55,871 bases of DNA, from assembly GCA_014238315.1 (NCBI GenBank), contig JABABG010000063.1, forward strand, positions 1-55,871, written 5' to 3'. Every line of letters begins with the position of its first letter. Within the stretch, counting starts at the first letter, position 1. A program made the translations under genes and the position numbers. The notes beneath the pieces are model-generated. The model did no database searches. It was not told the DNA's origin and was given only the letters and a program-made list of their open reading frames with translations. The stretch is from Alphaproteobacteria bacterium. Its GTDB lineage: Bacteria > Pseudomonadota > Alphaproteobacteria > JABAAW01. Shown one piece after another: positions 1-9,182 of this stretch.

Positions 1-618
1 ATGCATAAGGAAGGTGCCGCATTTCGTTCCATGATGAACAACTTCGCAATCGCAGTATCCATAGGGCTACAATACGGCGTGCCGTTGCGAGAGTTTGCAG
101 ACGCTTTCACATTCACTCGTTTCGAACCTAGTGGAATCGTGCAGGAAAACGCGTCAATTCGGCACGCAACATCGATCCTCGACTATATCTTCAGAGAGCT
201 CGCAATAAGCTACTTGGGACGCGAAGACCTCGGGCAGACCACATTCGAGCTCGCGGTGGATTTCACTGGCTTGGGCAAAGGCAAGGACGAAGGGCGCTTG
301 AGCAAGGAGACCTTGGATGCAATTGATCACTTCACCAAGCTAACGAGTAGTGGCTATGTTCGCCGCATACTTGCTGATCGGCGCAATGGTAAGAAGCAGG
401 GTAAGTGCGCAAAGCAGTCTGTGCCTTTGACACAGCGCAAGGCGAGCGAAGAAAATATGACTCTGGCAGATCGAGCGCACGAAGAAGCCGGTCTCGTGCC
501 AGGGATTGCAGCCGAAGGAATAGGCGATTCTTGTGAGAATTGCGGGCACATAACCCTAGTGCGCAGTGGCTCCTGCCTAGCCTGCACAACATGCGGGGCG
601 ACTACCGGTTGTAGCTGA
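1..618 (+). CDS. nrdJ: Class II (adenosylcobalamin-dependent) ribonucleotide reductase, C-terminal fragment; the 5' end lies outside the window
   Basis: The frame is open at the window edge. [43 protein letters not shown] and [16 protein letters not shown] match the conserved C-terminal region of NrdJ-type RNRs. The tail is Cys-rich ([14 protein letters not shown]). Confidence 0.8.
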   Translation: MHKEGAAFRSMMNNFAIAVSIGLQYGVPLREFADAFTFTRFEPSGIVQENASIRHATSILDYIFRELAISYLGREDLGQTTFELAVDFTGLGKGKDEGRLSKETLDAIDHFTKLTSSGYVRRILADRRNGKKQGKCAKQSVPLTQRKASEENMTLADRAHEEAGLVPGIAAEGIGDSCENCGHITLVRSGSCLACTTCGATTGCS

Positions 619-667
619 AACTCGTCCACCCAAGAACATCCGTATAAGCTCGCTTGGTCAATGCAAC

Positions 668-1396
668 CTATATTAGCCTATCCGCGACAAGGTTTTGCGA
701 TAAGAAGGGGACGGTTATTTTGCGCTTATGCGTGAGGCTCAAAGAATCTAGTCGCTCGGCTATCTCGTGATGGGCGAGGAAGCTACGCTCGATACGGCGT
801 AGCAAATAAGGATAGACGCGCTCGTCAACATCCAGTTGACGAACGCGGAAAATCTTCTCAAGAATGCGTGCACTGTCCTCATCGTCGGGGTCGAAGATGC
901 TACTACAAGCAACCGCACGCATGCGCGAACGCAAGTCTGGTAAAGATAGATGCCAGCTCGCAGGTGAAAGGCGAGCGGTGATCAGCAGGGCACTATGCTC
1001 GCCTTGTGTAATTTCGTTGTAGAGCGCGTAAAGTTGTTTTTCGAACAAGGCTCCCGCATCAGAAAGGTTGTCATCGCCAGCAACATCAAGCCACAGAAAG
1101 TTCTTTGCAAGCGAGGTTGTGTCATGCCTTTGTCGTAAAAATTTTGGTGTTATCGAACTCGCACTAAGCTGCGCTCGCCAAACTTCGCCCAAGTGCGATT
1201 TACCAGATTTGGCTGGACCGCAAATCGCAAATACTCGAGACTGTCCGTTCGCCCACGCGCGAGGGTGCCACGCGCGCAAAGAGGCGTAAGCGTTTGCGTT
1301 TGCGTTCAGGTGCAAAAAGCTCCCTTCTTCAAAACCCTCGTTGCTTGTCGTAGGCAGGGGAAGGTTGCGTTGACTTCGCTCGAGGCTGTGGCTCAT
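668..1396 (-). CDS. hda: DnaA-related regulatory inactivation protein Hda/HdaA
   Basis: A short AAA+ protein of 242 aa with a Walker-A-like ICGPAKSGKSH and LPDLRSRM. The N-terminal QRNLPLP resembles the beta-clamp-binding QLxLPL motif of Hda proteins. Confidence 0.75.
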   Translation of the reverse strand: MSHSLERSQRNLPLPTTSNEGFEEGSFLHLNANANAYASLRAWHPRAWANGQSRVFAICGPAKSGKSHLGEVWRAQLSASSITPKFLRQRHDTTSLAKNFLWLDVAGDDNLSDAGALFEKQLYALYNEITQGEHSALLITARLSPASWHLSLPDLRSRMRAVACSSIFDPDDEDSARILEKIFRVRQLDVDERVYPYLLRRIERSFLAHHEIAERLDSLSLTHKRKITVPFLSQNLVADRLI

Positions 1397-1414
1397 CGAA
1401 TATATAGTGTGGGT

Positions 1415-2689
1415 TTATCCGTGCTTATCTATGTGGACTATGATAGCCCTGACGCTAGCCCCAATTGGGAGTGCTAGCAAAATGCCAAGAAAGCCCGCAA
1501 GGCTACCTCCTGCTAAAATGCAAAAAATAATCCACAGAGGATGCAGACCGATAGACTTGCCGACAAGCCTCGGTGTAAGAAAGTAGCTCTCTAGCATCTG
1601 ACCGAAAAAGTAGACCGAAAGGGTGAGGAAAAAAATCGAGGAGAAGCCAAAGTGGACATAGGCTATGATCAAAGCCGTAGTGGCTCCGAGAAAACTACCG
1701 ATGTATGGCACGACCATCGCCACGCCAGACGCAATGCCGACAGCAAAGCCGTGTGGTAGTCCGATAAGAGTGAGGAGTAGCCCGTAGAACAATGCCATGA
1801 CCGAAAATACAGAGACTTGTCCGCGAAGCAACGCAGATAGCGTTTCATCGATTCGAGAAAATAGTAGTAATAAATGTTGCTCGCGTTGCGGAATGCGTCT
1901 CCTAATGGCTGCAACCGCATCGTCCCAATCTTTAAGCAAGTAGAAAGTTGCAAAAGGGACAAGCGCAAACCACGAAAAAACCGCAAAGATGGAAGAAGTT
2001 TGTTTAGCCAATATATTTAATCCTTGCGAGAATAAACGCGAGCCATGAGTAAAGGCTTGGCTGGCAATAGTCTGCCATTGCGATAGGTCGGAGCTGCTCG
2101 AACGGATGCTATCCCAATAGGGGAGTAAAATAGGTTGCCATTCCTTTAACCAATAGATATCCGAAGTCATAGAAATTATGTTAGAGGCTAAGGCTTCTAA
2201 TCTACTTTGTAGGTTGGTGGCAATACGCGGCGCTGCACTAATCAGCTCTAACGCCTCGCTTAGCAAAAAGGGTAGAGTTGCCAAAAGCAACAGAAGCAAC
2301 ACCGCTAGTAGTGCTAAAGTCAAAAACAGAGCTACCACCGCCCGCCAAATAGACGGCGATGAGGAAGGGAAAAGAAGTACCAAGCGTTTCGTTATCTTCT
2401 CGCATAGGGGATTGAGTAGCCAAGCCAGCACGAAGGCAGTGAAAAATGGTGCTATTATATCGCCGAGCAATAAGCATGCTACAACTATTGCCGTAAGCAA
2501 GCCAAGCCACCAGAGTAGGCGCGAGAGAGCTAATCTAGAGTTTTTTTTTGGTAAATCTTGCTCTAAACGAGGGTTAGGAGGCTCAGCTTTTCCAGCAACT
2601 TTGCCTGCTCTACTTTTCGCATCTTGACGCTTATCCATATTCGCAGTTCTAGCCATATCGCTTAAGACTCCCCTACGATTTCGTTTCAA
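1415..2689 (-). CDS. AI-2E family (PerM-like) membrane transporter
   Basis: A polytopic membrane protein with several hydrophobic segments and a C-terminal GLHPLWIIFCILAGGSLAGFLGILLALP typical of the AI-2E/UPF0118 family. The start may instead be the internal Met at 2656. Confidence 0.75.
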   Translation of the reverse strand: MKRNRRGVLSDMARTANMDKRQDAKSRAGKVAGKAEPPNPRLEQDLPKKNSRLALSRLLWWLGLLTAIVVACLLLGDIIAPFFTAFVLAWLLNPLCEKITKRLVLLFPSSSPSIWRAVVALFLTLALLAVLLLLLLATLPFLLSEALELISAAPRIATNLQSRLEALASNIISMTSDIYWLKEWQPILLPYWDSIRSSSSDLSQWQTIASQAFTHGSRLFSQGLNILAKQTSSIFAVFSWFALVPFATFYLLKDWDDAVAAIRRRIPQREQHLLLLFSRIDETLSALLRGQVSVFSVMALFYGLLLTLIGLPHGFAVGIASGVAMVVPYIGSFLGATTALIIAYVHFGFSSIFFLTLSVYFFGQMLESYFLTPRLVGKSIGLHPLWIIFCILAGGSLAGFLGILLALPIGASVRAIIVHIDKHG

Positions 2690-3935
2690 GGCTGACTGTT
2701 ATGCTGGCGTTTTTTAGCTCGTTTTGCGAAAGCACGCGCAAACCCCTACGTTCAAGCGCAGATATAAGCGAGGCAAGTGAGCTATAGTGGCGAGATGTAA
2801 CATGCGCCTGCCTCGCCGAAAGGCTCCGCAGATTATAGTCGGTTAGCTCTGGTGTTTGAGCAAGGATATGGCGAATTTCTTGCCATTGCTCGCGCTCTTG
2901 CAACTCTGCAATGATACTCAAGCGTTGCAGCTTCGCTGTGTGTGCAGTCTCCTTCTTCCAAATACGATTTAGGCGCGTGAGAGTTTCGTTGCGAGCGCGT
3001 AGCAAAAGGGCAGAAAAAGAACTCGTTTGTAAGTCGGCTTGGGAACCCTTTTCGGAACCCTTTTCGACAAGTAGCTCCGATTCTAGTGTAAAGCTAGGAA
3101 GCTCGCTCGGAAAGCCAGTTTGTTCTAGCAATCCGCTGACTTGCAGTGTAATCGGCATTTTCACAGGCTGCGCTGTTTCTGTGGTAGTTTTATCAGTAGC
3201 CTTATTAGAGGACTCTTCTTGTATCGCCATAGGTAATTCTTCAGCAACCCCTCCCAGCGAAAGCTTGGCGGTAACTAGCGCGATGCCTTGCGCACGATAT
3301 TGTTCTACCAACAATGCCGCCTGCATCGATTTCGGGTCTTTCAACACATCCAAGATTGCAACCCGCTCGCTCGGGTTCATCTCGATCGAGATGACCGGCA
3401 CAAGCAAGTCGTTATCGCTGCCCTCGATTTTCCAAGCACTGAGCCAAGAGTTTTGCGGCGGCCATAGGTGCTGAACTCCGTCTATCTCAAGGACTGGAAG
3501 TAGCAAAAAAGTCGGGGCGACAGTGTGGGAAATCTTTAGGCTAGCCTTGTGAAGGCTCGCAAACAATTTCTCACGCACAAAACGCACGCTCGCTTGACCA
3601 TAAAAAGTATTCTCCCTAAAACCCGAACGCTCAAGAAAAAAACCCTCGGTGAGAGAGACGATCTGCTTGTCAGACAATTTCGCGGCAAACGATTTACTAC
3701 GGTCATCCTCGACGACAAAGCGATTCAGCACCTCCGTGAGGGCTACGCGAAGGGCTATCTTCTTCGCTCGCTCCTTCGCCCGCGCTTCCGTTTCTCCTCT
3801 TGCGTTTATAGGTAGAGAGACGAACAGTGCCTCCTCCAAACGATTTTGTTGTGCGCTCGCGCTCGTTAGAGGTAAAGGGCTGAAAATAACAACAGCAAAA
3901 GCACTAATAAGAGTGAAAAAACGAAAGGGCATCAA
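2673..3935 (-). CDS. Exported protein of unknown function, possibly DUF2066-like
   Basis: N-terminal signal peptide (MMPFRFFTLISAFAVVIFSPLPLTSASA/QQ). It sits between purMN and the AI-2E/hda genes, where I recall DUF2066 proteins in other proteobacteria. The family assignment is from memory and untested. Confidence 0.45.
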   Translation of the reverse strand: MMPFRFFTLISAFAVVIFSPLPLTSASAQQNRLEEALFVSLPINARGETEARAKERAKKIALRVALTEVLNRFVVEDDRSKSFAAKLSDKQIVSLTEGFFLERSGFRENTFYGQASVRFVREKLFASLHKASLKISHTVAPTFLLLPVLEIDGVQHLWPPQNSWLSAWKIEGSDNDLLVPVISIEMNPSERVAILDVLKDPKSMQAALLVEQYRAQGIALVTAKLSLGGVAEELPMAIQEESSNKATDKTTTETAQPVKMPITLQVSGLLEQTGFPSELPSFTLESELLVEKGSEKGSQADLQTSSFSALLLRARNETLTRLNRIWKKETAHTAKLQRLSIIAELQEREQWQEIRHILAQTPELTDYNLRSLSARQAHVTSRHYSSLASLISALERRGLRVLSQNELKNASITVSLETKS

Positions 3936-4004
3936 GCAACCAGAGGGTTAAAGGCGGTACAGTCAGAACTTTATATAGATATTATAATACTCTTGTAAAA
4001 AATA

Positions 4005-4013
4005 TGTGGATAA
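4005..4013 (-). promoter_or_regulatory. Perfect DnaA box (TTATCCACA on the minus strand)
   Basis: The plus strand reads TGTGGATAA, the exact reverse complement of the DnaA box consensus. It lies 70 nt upstream of the first gene of the co-directional array ending in hda, in an AT-rich divergent promoter region. Confidence 0.45.
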
Positions 4014-4044
4014 GTGAATTTAATCCTTTAGGTTACAATTCTTA

Positions 4045-4072
4045 GTAAACGATTCTTTGTAAACGATTCTTT
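4045..4072. repeat. Perfect 14-bp tandem duplication (gtaaacgattcttt x2) carrying GANTC sites
   Basis: Read directly. Unit 1 is 4045-4058 and unit 2 is 4059-4072, followed by a partial copy (tgattc). GATTC (GANTC) occurs at 4051, 4065 and 4074. Confidence 0.9.
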
Positions 4073-4212
4073 TGATTCGGGTTTTTAACGATTTGCAGCC
4101 TAATATTTGTAGCCTAAAAAACTGAAGTCAATTTTTATTGGCTATTTCCTAAACTATGAAAACAAGCTGTATAAACAATATATGAAATACAGACAATCGG
4201 CTTTAAAGGGCG

Positions 4213-5364
4213 GTGCTAATGGGCGATAGGGTAGATCCTTTGGGTGATGGGGCAGATTTGTCTTCCGGGTTGAGTTACCTAGAGGCTGGCGTCGATATTG
4301 ACGAAGGGAATCGATTCGTCGATAAGATGATCGAACCACTCGTGCGAAAAACCTACGAGGTGGTGGCAAAGAAAAACAGATTACAAAATAATTTGCGGAA
4401 TAATTCACAAGACTCTCCGCGTACTCCGTTCCTTGATGGTTTTGGCGCTTCCCTCGACCTAAAGGCTGTAGGCTTCGATGACCCGATTATAGAAATGGCT
4501 TGCGATGGCGTCGGCACAAAGTCGCGAATCGCCATAGAAGAGCAAGAATACGACGGTTTGGGTATCGATTTGGTCGCTATGTGCGTCAACGATTTGCTCG
4601 CGAGAGGAGCGTTGCCGATCGCATTCCTCGATTACATCGGTTATGCAAAATTTTCGCAAGGCGTGCAGGAGAAATTGATGAAAGGCATTGCAAAAGGTTG
4701 CATAGAGGCGGGTTGTGCGCTCGTCGGAGGAGAGACTGCGCAGATGCCAGGTTTTTACAAAGAAGGGGATTTTGACCTCGCTGGATTCGCGCTCGGAGCT
4801 ATCGAACGTAATGCGCCGTTTAGAAAATCGCGTCCGCAAGTAGGTGAAAAACTATTCGCCGTCAAATCGAGTGGATTTCACGCTAACGGATTTTCGCTCG
4901 TGCGCAAAGTCCTCGATGAGAATCCTGAATTGAAAAAAGACAAAGAGCTCTTGCGAGAGCTTCTGACCCCTACGCGAATCTACACGAAGCTGTTTGCTCC
5001 ACTAATCAAAGACAACCTTATCTCTGGCATAGCCCATATCACCGGTGGCGGTATCAAGGATAACCTGCCGCGTATCTTGCAAGATGGGCAAAGGGCGAGA
5101 ATCGATCTGAACAAACTCTCGCGCGACCTGCCGCGCCCTGATATATTCAACCGCATACAGAAGGCGGGTGCTATCAGCGAGGCTGAAATGCGGCGCGTCT
5201 TTAACTGCGGGGTCGGGGTTATCGTGTCCGTTGCGCCAGAAAAGGAAGATGCTTTGTTGGAAGCTATTTCACCAGAGCCAGTCTTTGAGATTGGTGTGGT
5301 CGAGGCGAGTGGTAAAGAGCAAGCTAAACCTGATGCTTACTTCGTTGACCAAGAGGAAAGCTAA
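4213..5364 (+). CDS. purM: Phosphoribosylformylglycinamidine cyclo-ligase (AIR synthetase)
   Basis: SYLEAGVDIDEGN, ACDGVGTK, DLVAMCVNDL, GGETAQMPG and AHITGGG are PurM hallmarks. There is an unusual ~25-aa insertion (KKNRLQNNLRNNSQDSPRTP) near the N-terminus. GTG at 4213 or ATG at 4219 could be the start. Confidence 0.9.
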   Translation: MLMGDRVDPLGDGADLSSGLSYLEAGVDIDEGNRFVDKMIEPLVRKTYEVVAKKNRLQNNLRNNSQDSPRTPFLDGFGASLDLKAVGFDDPIIEMACDGVGTKSRIAIEEQEYDGLGIDLVAMCVNDLLARGALPIAFLDYIGYAKFSQGVQEKLMKGIAKGCIEAGCALVGGETAQMPGFYKEGDFDLAGFALGAIERNAPFRKSRPQVGEKLFAVKSSGFHANGFSLVRKVLDENPELKKDKELLRELLTPTRIYTKLFAPLIKDNLISGIAHITGGGIKDNLPRILQDGQRARIDLNKLSRDLPRPDIFNRIQKAGAISEAEMRRVFNCGVGVIVSVAPEKEDALLEAISPEPVFEIGVVEASGKEQAKPDAYFVDQEES

Positions 5365-5465
5365 GATAGGCGAAGTAGAGAGCTAATCAGTCTCTCTTGC
5401 ATAGGGGGTGAAGGGGTGCTCGCTATAAGTAGTGGTGGCAAGGATAGCGTTACTATGGAACTATT

Positions 5466-5540
5466 AACTTATGGCTTGGGAACTTATGGTTCGGGAACTT
5501 ATGGTTCGGGAACTTTTGGCTCATGAACTCTTGGCTTAAT
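5466..5540. repeat. Five tandem 15-bp units (aacttatggYtYggg, decaying) directly upstream of purN
   Basis: Read directly. The units are 5466-5480, 5481-5495, 5496-5510 (units 2 and 3 identical), 5511-5525 and 5526-5540. The purN ATG is at 5546. Confidence 0.9.
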
Positions 5541-5545
5541 AACCC

Positions 5546-6265
5546 ATGTCTCAAGGATTCATGACTCAGGGTGTAGATTTGCGAAAATGCCGCGTGGCAG
5601 TGTTGGTTTCTGGACGCGGTTCTAACCTGCGCGCCTTGTTAGAGGCTACTCGTGCCGATGATTTTCCAGCTACCATCGATTTAGTGGTGAGTGATCGCGA
5701 ATCTGACGGTTGCGTTTTTGCTCGCGAGGTTGATATCGAGACTTGTGTTATCAAAATTCGCGCTACCAACGACAAAAAAAATTTTGAAACAAAATTGGAC
5801 AAATTATTACGCTCGCGCTCTATCGAGTTAGTCTGCCTTGCCGGTTTTATGCCTATACTCTCGCCATCATTTGTCGATGCTTGGCGTGCGCGCATCCTAA
5901 ATATCCACCCATCGTTACTGCCAAAATTGCGCGGACTTAATACCCATAAACGTGCCATCGAAGAAGGGCATACGGAGCACGGTTGTAGCGTCCACATAGT
6001 TACTGAAAAAATTGACGAAGGGGAGATTCTAAAACAGGCTAGCCTCACAATCGAGGCTGGTGAATCGCCCGAAGGTTTGGCTGAGCGCGTGCTCAAACTA
6101 GAGCACGAGCTTTATTCGCAGGTACTAGATAGTTACGCTAGAAAAATAATTACTAGAAAAATAGTTAAAAGCGTAACCTCGCAAGAGCAACTAGCGGAGT
6201 TGCAGAGTTTAGAACCCCTGCAAGCAGAACCTCTGCCAACAAGCATGGTAGGCAGGCTGTATTAG
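5546..6265 (+). CDS. purN: Phosphoribosylglycinamide formyltransferase
   Basis: VAVLVSGRGSNL, LAGFM, NIHPSLLP and GCSVH..IDEGEIL are PurN motifs. It has a ~30-aa C-terminal tail beyond the usual end. Confidence 0.9.
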   Translation: MSQGFMTQGVDLRKCRVAVLVSGRGSNLRALLEATRADDFPATIDLVVSDRESDGCVFAREVDIETCVIKIRATNDKKNFETKLDKLLRSRSIELVCLAGFMPILSPSFVDAWRARILNIHPSLLPKLRGLNTHKRAIEEGHTEHGCSVHIVTEKIDEGEILKQASLTIEAGESPEGLAERVLKLEHELYSQVLDSYARKIITRKIVKSVTSQEQLAELQSLEPLQAEPLPTSMVGRLY

Positions 6266-6296
6266 GCTCGGCTTGGAAAAATACAGTAGCCTATTT

Positions 6297-7031
6297 TTAT
6301 GGATGGTAGCGAAAGAAGAAAAAGCAAGCGGAAGAGCAAGGAAGGCAATCCTCTAGCGTAAAAGCGGCACCTAGTTGCGGGTGTTTTTCCATCGCCCAGA
6401 GTTTGATTTCCGCCTTAGTTCTTTTTTTGCTTGAACCTTTTTGTCCGATGGGTGCTTGTTGGAAGACGATTAATGCTTCCCGTCTAAACCATCCTCTATC
6501 GGCAAATGCCTCTGGTGCCCGCGCGGCTAGTTTCATGTCGTAGGGGGGGCTGAAGAAAGCGAGTGCGATTCTCTGAAAATCATTTTGTGCACAAGCAGGT
6601 GGCGTTGTAGGCGTTGGGGGAGCTGGGGGAGCGAGCGCATCGTGGCGATAGATCCTGCCTCGTAGCTGGCTCGCGAGTAAATTCTTTTCAAGAATGAGTG
6701 CTGTAGCACGATCGTTTTCAAAAAAATCAGCGTGTCCTCGCCAGCGGCTAAGTGCCTCTATGCCTAACGCGCCACTGCCGGCAAAAACATCGAGGAGGAA
6801 TAGCTCGTCTTGCTGATGTTTGCCAACCGCCGCTTGAAAATCTTTGCCATGCTGTATCTTGTCGAATAAAGACTTTCGCGCGCGCGTTGCAATCGGGCGC
6901 GTTGTTACGCCAGTCGGGGTTTGCAAGACGAGCCCTCGTCTTGCGCCAGCGAGTATGCGAGGGGCTTTGCGCACGCTGTTGTGACGATTAGAAACCTCGG
7001 TAGAAAATTTGCTGGTGGATTGGATGGTCAT
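6297..7031 (-). CDS. rsmD: 16S rRNA (guanine-N2)-methyltransferase RsmD-like
   Basis: RILAGARRG..TRPIATRARKSLFD, LDVFAGSGALGIEALSR and FSPPY (DPPY-type motif IV). It contains a Pro/Thr-rich insertion (PPAPPTPTTPP). Confidence 0.7.
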   Translation of the reverse strand: MTIQSTSKFSTEVSNRHNSVRKAPRILAGARRGLVLQTPTGVTTRPIATRARKSLFDKIQHGKDFQAAVGKHQQDELFLLDVFAGSGALGIEALSRWRGHADFFENDRATALILEKNLLASQLRGRIYRHDALAPPAPPTPTTPPACAQNDFQRIALAFFSPPYDMKLAARAPEAFADRGWFRREALIVFQQAPIGQKGSSKKRTKAEIKLWAMEKHPQLGAAFTLEDCLPCSSACFFFFRYHP

Positions 7032-7077
7032 CGGGTGGGCATAATTGGCTATGTTCTATGAGTTATACTTATCAAGG

Positions 7078-7893
7078 TTATTTTTCGAGTTGTTTTTGCG
7101 ACCCTTTGTTTTTGCCGACCCTTTGTTTTTGCCGATCTTGGCGCTCAAGTGAATTTTGCGAGGGGAAGTTGCTAGTGCTAGCTAGAATGCGTCTTAGCTC
7201 TTTGTCAGAAACCTCTACCAGCGCGCCCGCCTCTAACCTACCTAGTGAGAATCGACCATATTGCGTGCGAATCAAGCGCGAAACCCTATAGCCGAGGGAG
7301 TTCATTATCTTGCGTAACTCGCGGTTCTTGCCCTCGCGTAAGCTGGCCTCTACCCAAAAGTTACCGCGTACATTATCCCGCGTCTGAATCTTAATGGTAA
7401 TCGGGCGGTAGCGAAATCCGTCGACCGTTATGCCTTGTGCTAGCTCGGCTAGTCGCGTCCGTGCGTGGTTAGAGCAATCGCCATGCAGGCGGAGGCGGTA
7501 GCGGCGAAGCAATGCGTTGTCGGGATGCTCGAAATAGCGCGCAAGCTCGCCATCGGTCGTAAGTAGCAATAGACCTTCGGAGAGAAAATCCAGCCGTCCA
7601 ACAGTCTTCAAACGCGCGAGATGCGGAGGTAGAAAGTCGGGCACGCAATGCCGTCCGCGTGGATCCGATCGCGCGGTTAGAACTTCGCGTGGCTTGTAAA
7701 ACAAATATACTCGCGTCTGTTGTATCGCCGAAAGCGGACGACCGTCGAGCGTAATAACATCGTCCTCCGCAACATTGCGCGCAGGTGAAGTAAGGGGCTC
7801 ATCGTTGATAGAAACACGACCGTTCGCTATCATCGCCTCCGCTTCCCTGCGCGAAGCTAGACCAGAGCGAGCGATTCGTTTGGCTATACGCAT
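7078..7893 (-). CDS. RsuA/RluB-family pseudouridine synthase with an S4 domain
   Basis: The N-terminal S4-like segment is MRIAKRIARSGLASRREAEAMIANGRVSIN. The catalytic GRLD..SEGLLLLTTDGELA motif is present, followed by a basic C-terminal tail. Confidence 0.8.
   Translation of the reverse strand: MRIAKRIARSGLASRREAEAMIANGRVSINDEPLTSPARNVAEDDVITLDGRPLSAIQQTRVYLFYKPREVLTARSDPRGRHCVPDFLPPHLARLKTVGRLDFLSEGLLLLTTDGELARYFEHPDNALLRRYRLRLHGDCSNHARTRLAELAQGITVDGFRYRPITIKIQTRDNVRGNFWVEASLREGKNRELRKIMNSLGYRVSRLIRTQYGRFSLGRLEAGALVEVSDKELRRILASTSNFPSQNSLERQDRQKQRVGKNKGSQKQLEK
7101..7134. repeat. Perfect 17-bp tandem duplication inside the 3' end of the pseudouridine synthase gene
   Basis: accctttgtttttgccg occurs at 7101-7117 and again at 7118-7134. 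The unit length is not a multiple of 3, so the two copies are read in different frames (RQKQRV then GKNKGS). Confidence 0.9.
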
Positions 7894-7991
7894 AAAACAT
7901 CAACCTAAAAAATGTTGCAGAAAGATATTGCGGGCAGCCTTACTAATCGCCTACATCAAGGCTTATACCAAGTTTTATCTCAAGCCTTGCG

Positions 7992-9110
7992 TCAAGTGAA
8001 GGAGCGGAAAGTAACGTGCCCCATTTTTCTGCCCTTGCGAGTCTCGCGCTTGGCGTAAAGGTGCAGGCTAGCATCGGGCATCGATAGATACTTAGGGTAA
8101 TCACGCCACGCTTCGCCGATTAAATTTATCATGCGCGCTTGCTTGCACGCAGAGGTAGAGCCAAGCTGCCAGCCGAGAATCGCCCGAAGCAACTGCTCAA
8201 ACTGGCTGGTCATAGCAGCGTCAATCGTCCAGTGTCCAGAGTTATGCGGGCGTGGTGCCATCTCGTTTGCCAATAGTTGCCCATCTCGCGTTACGAAAAA
8301 CTCGACCGCTAGCAGACCGATAATGTCAAGTGCCTCTAGAATTCTGCGAGTCCATTCCTGCGCACGCGTGAGAAGTTTTGTCTCAATAGCTGCAGGGATA
8401 CGGCTTTCGCGTAAAATGCCGTCAGCGTGAAAGTTCTCCGTTGCTGGGAAAAAAGCTACTTCGCCATTGCTACTACGCGCCGCTATTATCGAAAACTCGC
8501 TTTGCAAGTCTAAACATTTTTCTAGAACAGCAATCGCGCTTTCTTGCCCTACTTGTTCTTGTTTTTGCCGACCTTGTTCTTCTTTTCTACCTGCTTGTTT
8601 ACCCACAAGACTCTGCCAAGCCTGCTCGGCTTGCCTCGCGTCTTTCAGCAGAAACTGTCCCTTACCATCGTAGCCGCCGCGGTTGCTTTTCAACAGAGCC
8701 GAAGTGCCAAGCGCGTCTAACGCCAAGTCTAAATCTTGATTAGAGGAGATGGCTCGCCATTCGCTTGTCGCTATCTCGCATCTGGCAAAAAAACTCTTCT
8801 CCGCTACGCGATTTTGTGCGCAAGAAAAAGCTCGCGAGGATGGGTAAAGCGGGGTTTGCTGCTCGATGCTACGAAGTGTCTCCAGTGGGATATTTTCAAA
8901 CTCGCAAGTTACGACATCGCATCGTTTGGCAAAACGTTGCAGAATCGTCGAGTCGTCATACTCAGCGCGAAAAACAACCTGTGCTGCCTCAAAGGCTGGC
9001 GCGAGCGGCTCTGGCGCAAAGATGGCGGTTTTCAGACCTAGGCGAGTAGCTGCTAAAGCTGTCATGCGCGCTAGCTGACCACCGCCAACAATACCCACAA
9101 CTGCGTTCAT
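7992..9110 (-). CDS. purK: N5-carboxyaminoimidazole ribonucleotide synthase
   Basis: VGIVGGGQLARM, ATP-grasp features (GYDGKGQ) and PRPHNSGHWT. It contains a charged insertion (KQAGRKEEQGRQKQEQVGQES). Confidence 0.85.
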   Translation of the reverse strand: MNAVVGIVGGGQLARMTALAATRLGLKTAIFAPEPLAPAFEAAQVVFRAEYDDSTILQRFAKRCDVVTCEFENIPLETLRSIEQQTPLYPSSRAFSCAQNRVAEKSFFARCEIATSEWRAISSNQDLDLALDALGTSALLKSNRGGYDGKGQFLLKDARQAEQAWQSLVGKQAGRKEEQGRQKQEQVGQESAIAVLEKCLDLQSEFSIIAARSSNGEVAFFPATENFHADGILRESRIPAAIETKLLTRAQEWTRRILEALDIIGLLAVEFFVTRDGQLLANEMAPRPHNSGHWTIDAAMTSQFEQLLRAILGWQLGSTSACKQARMINLIGEAWRDYPKYLSMPDASLHLYAKRETRKGRKMGHVTFRSFT

Positions 9111-9182
9111 AGTTGGATAAAGACGATGTTTTGTTTTAAATGTTAGGCGGCAATAGCCTCTCGCGAGGCTTCTTCAGATACC

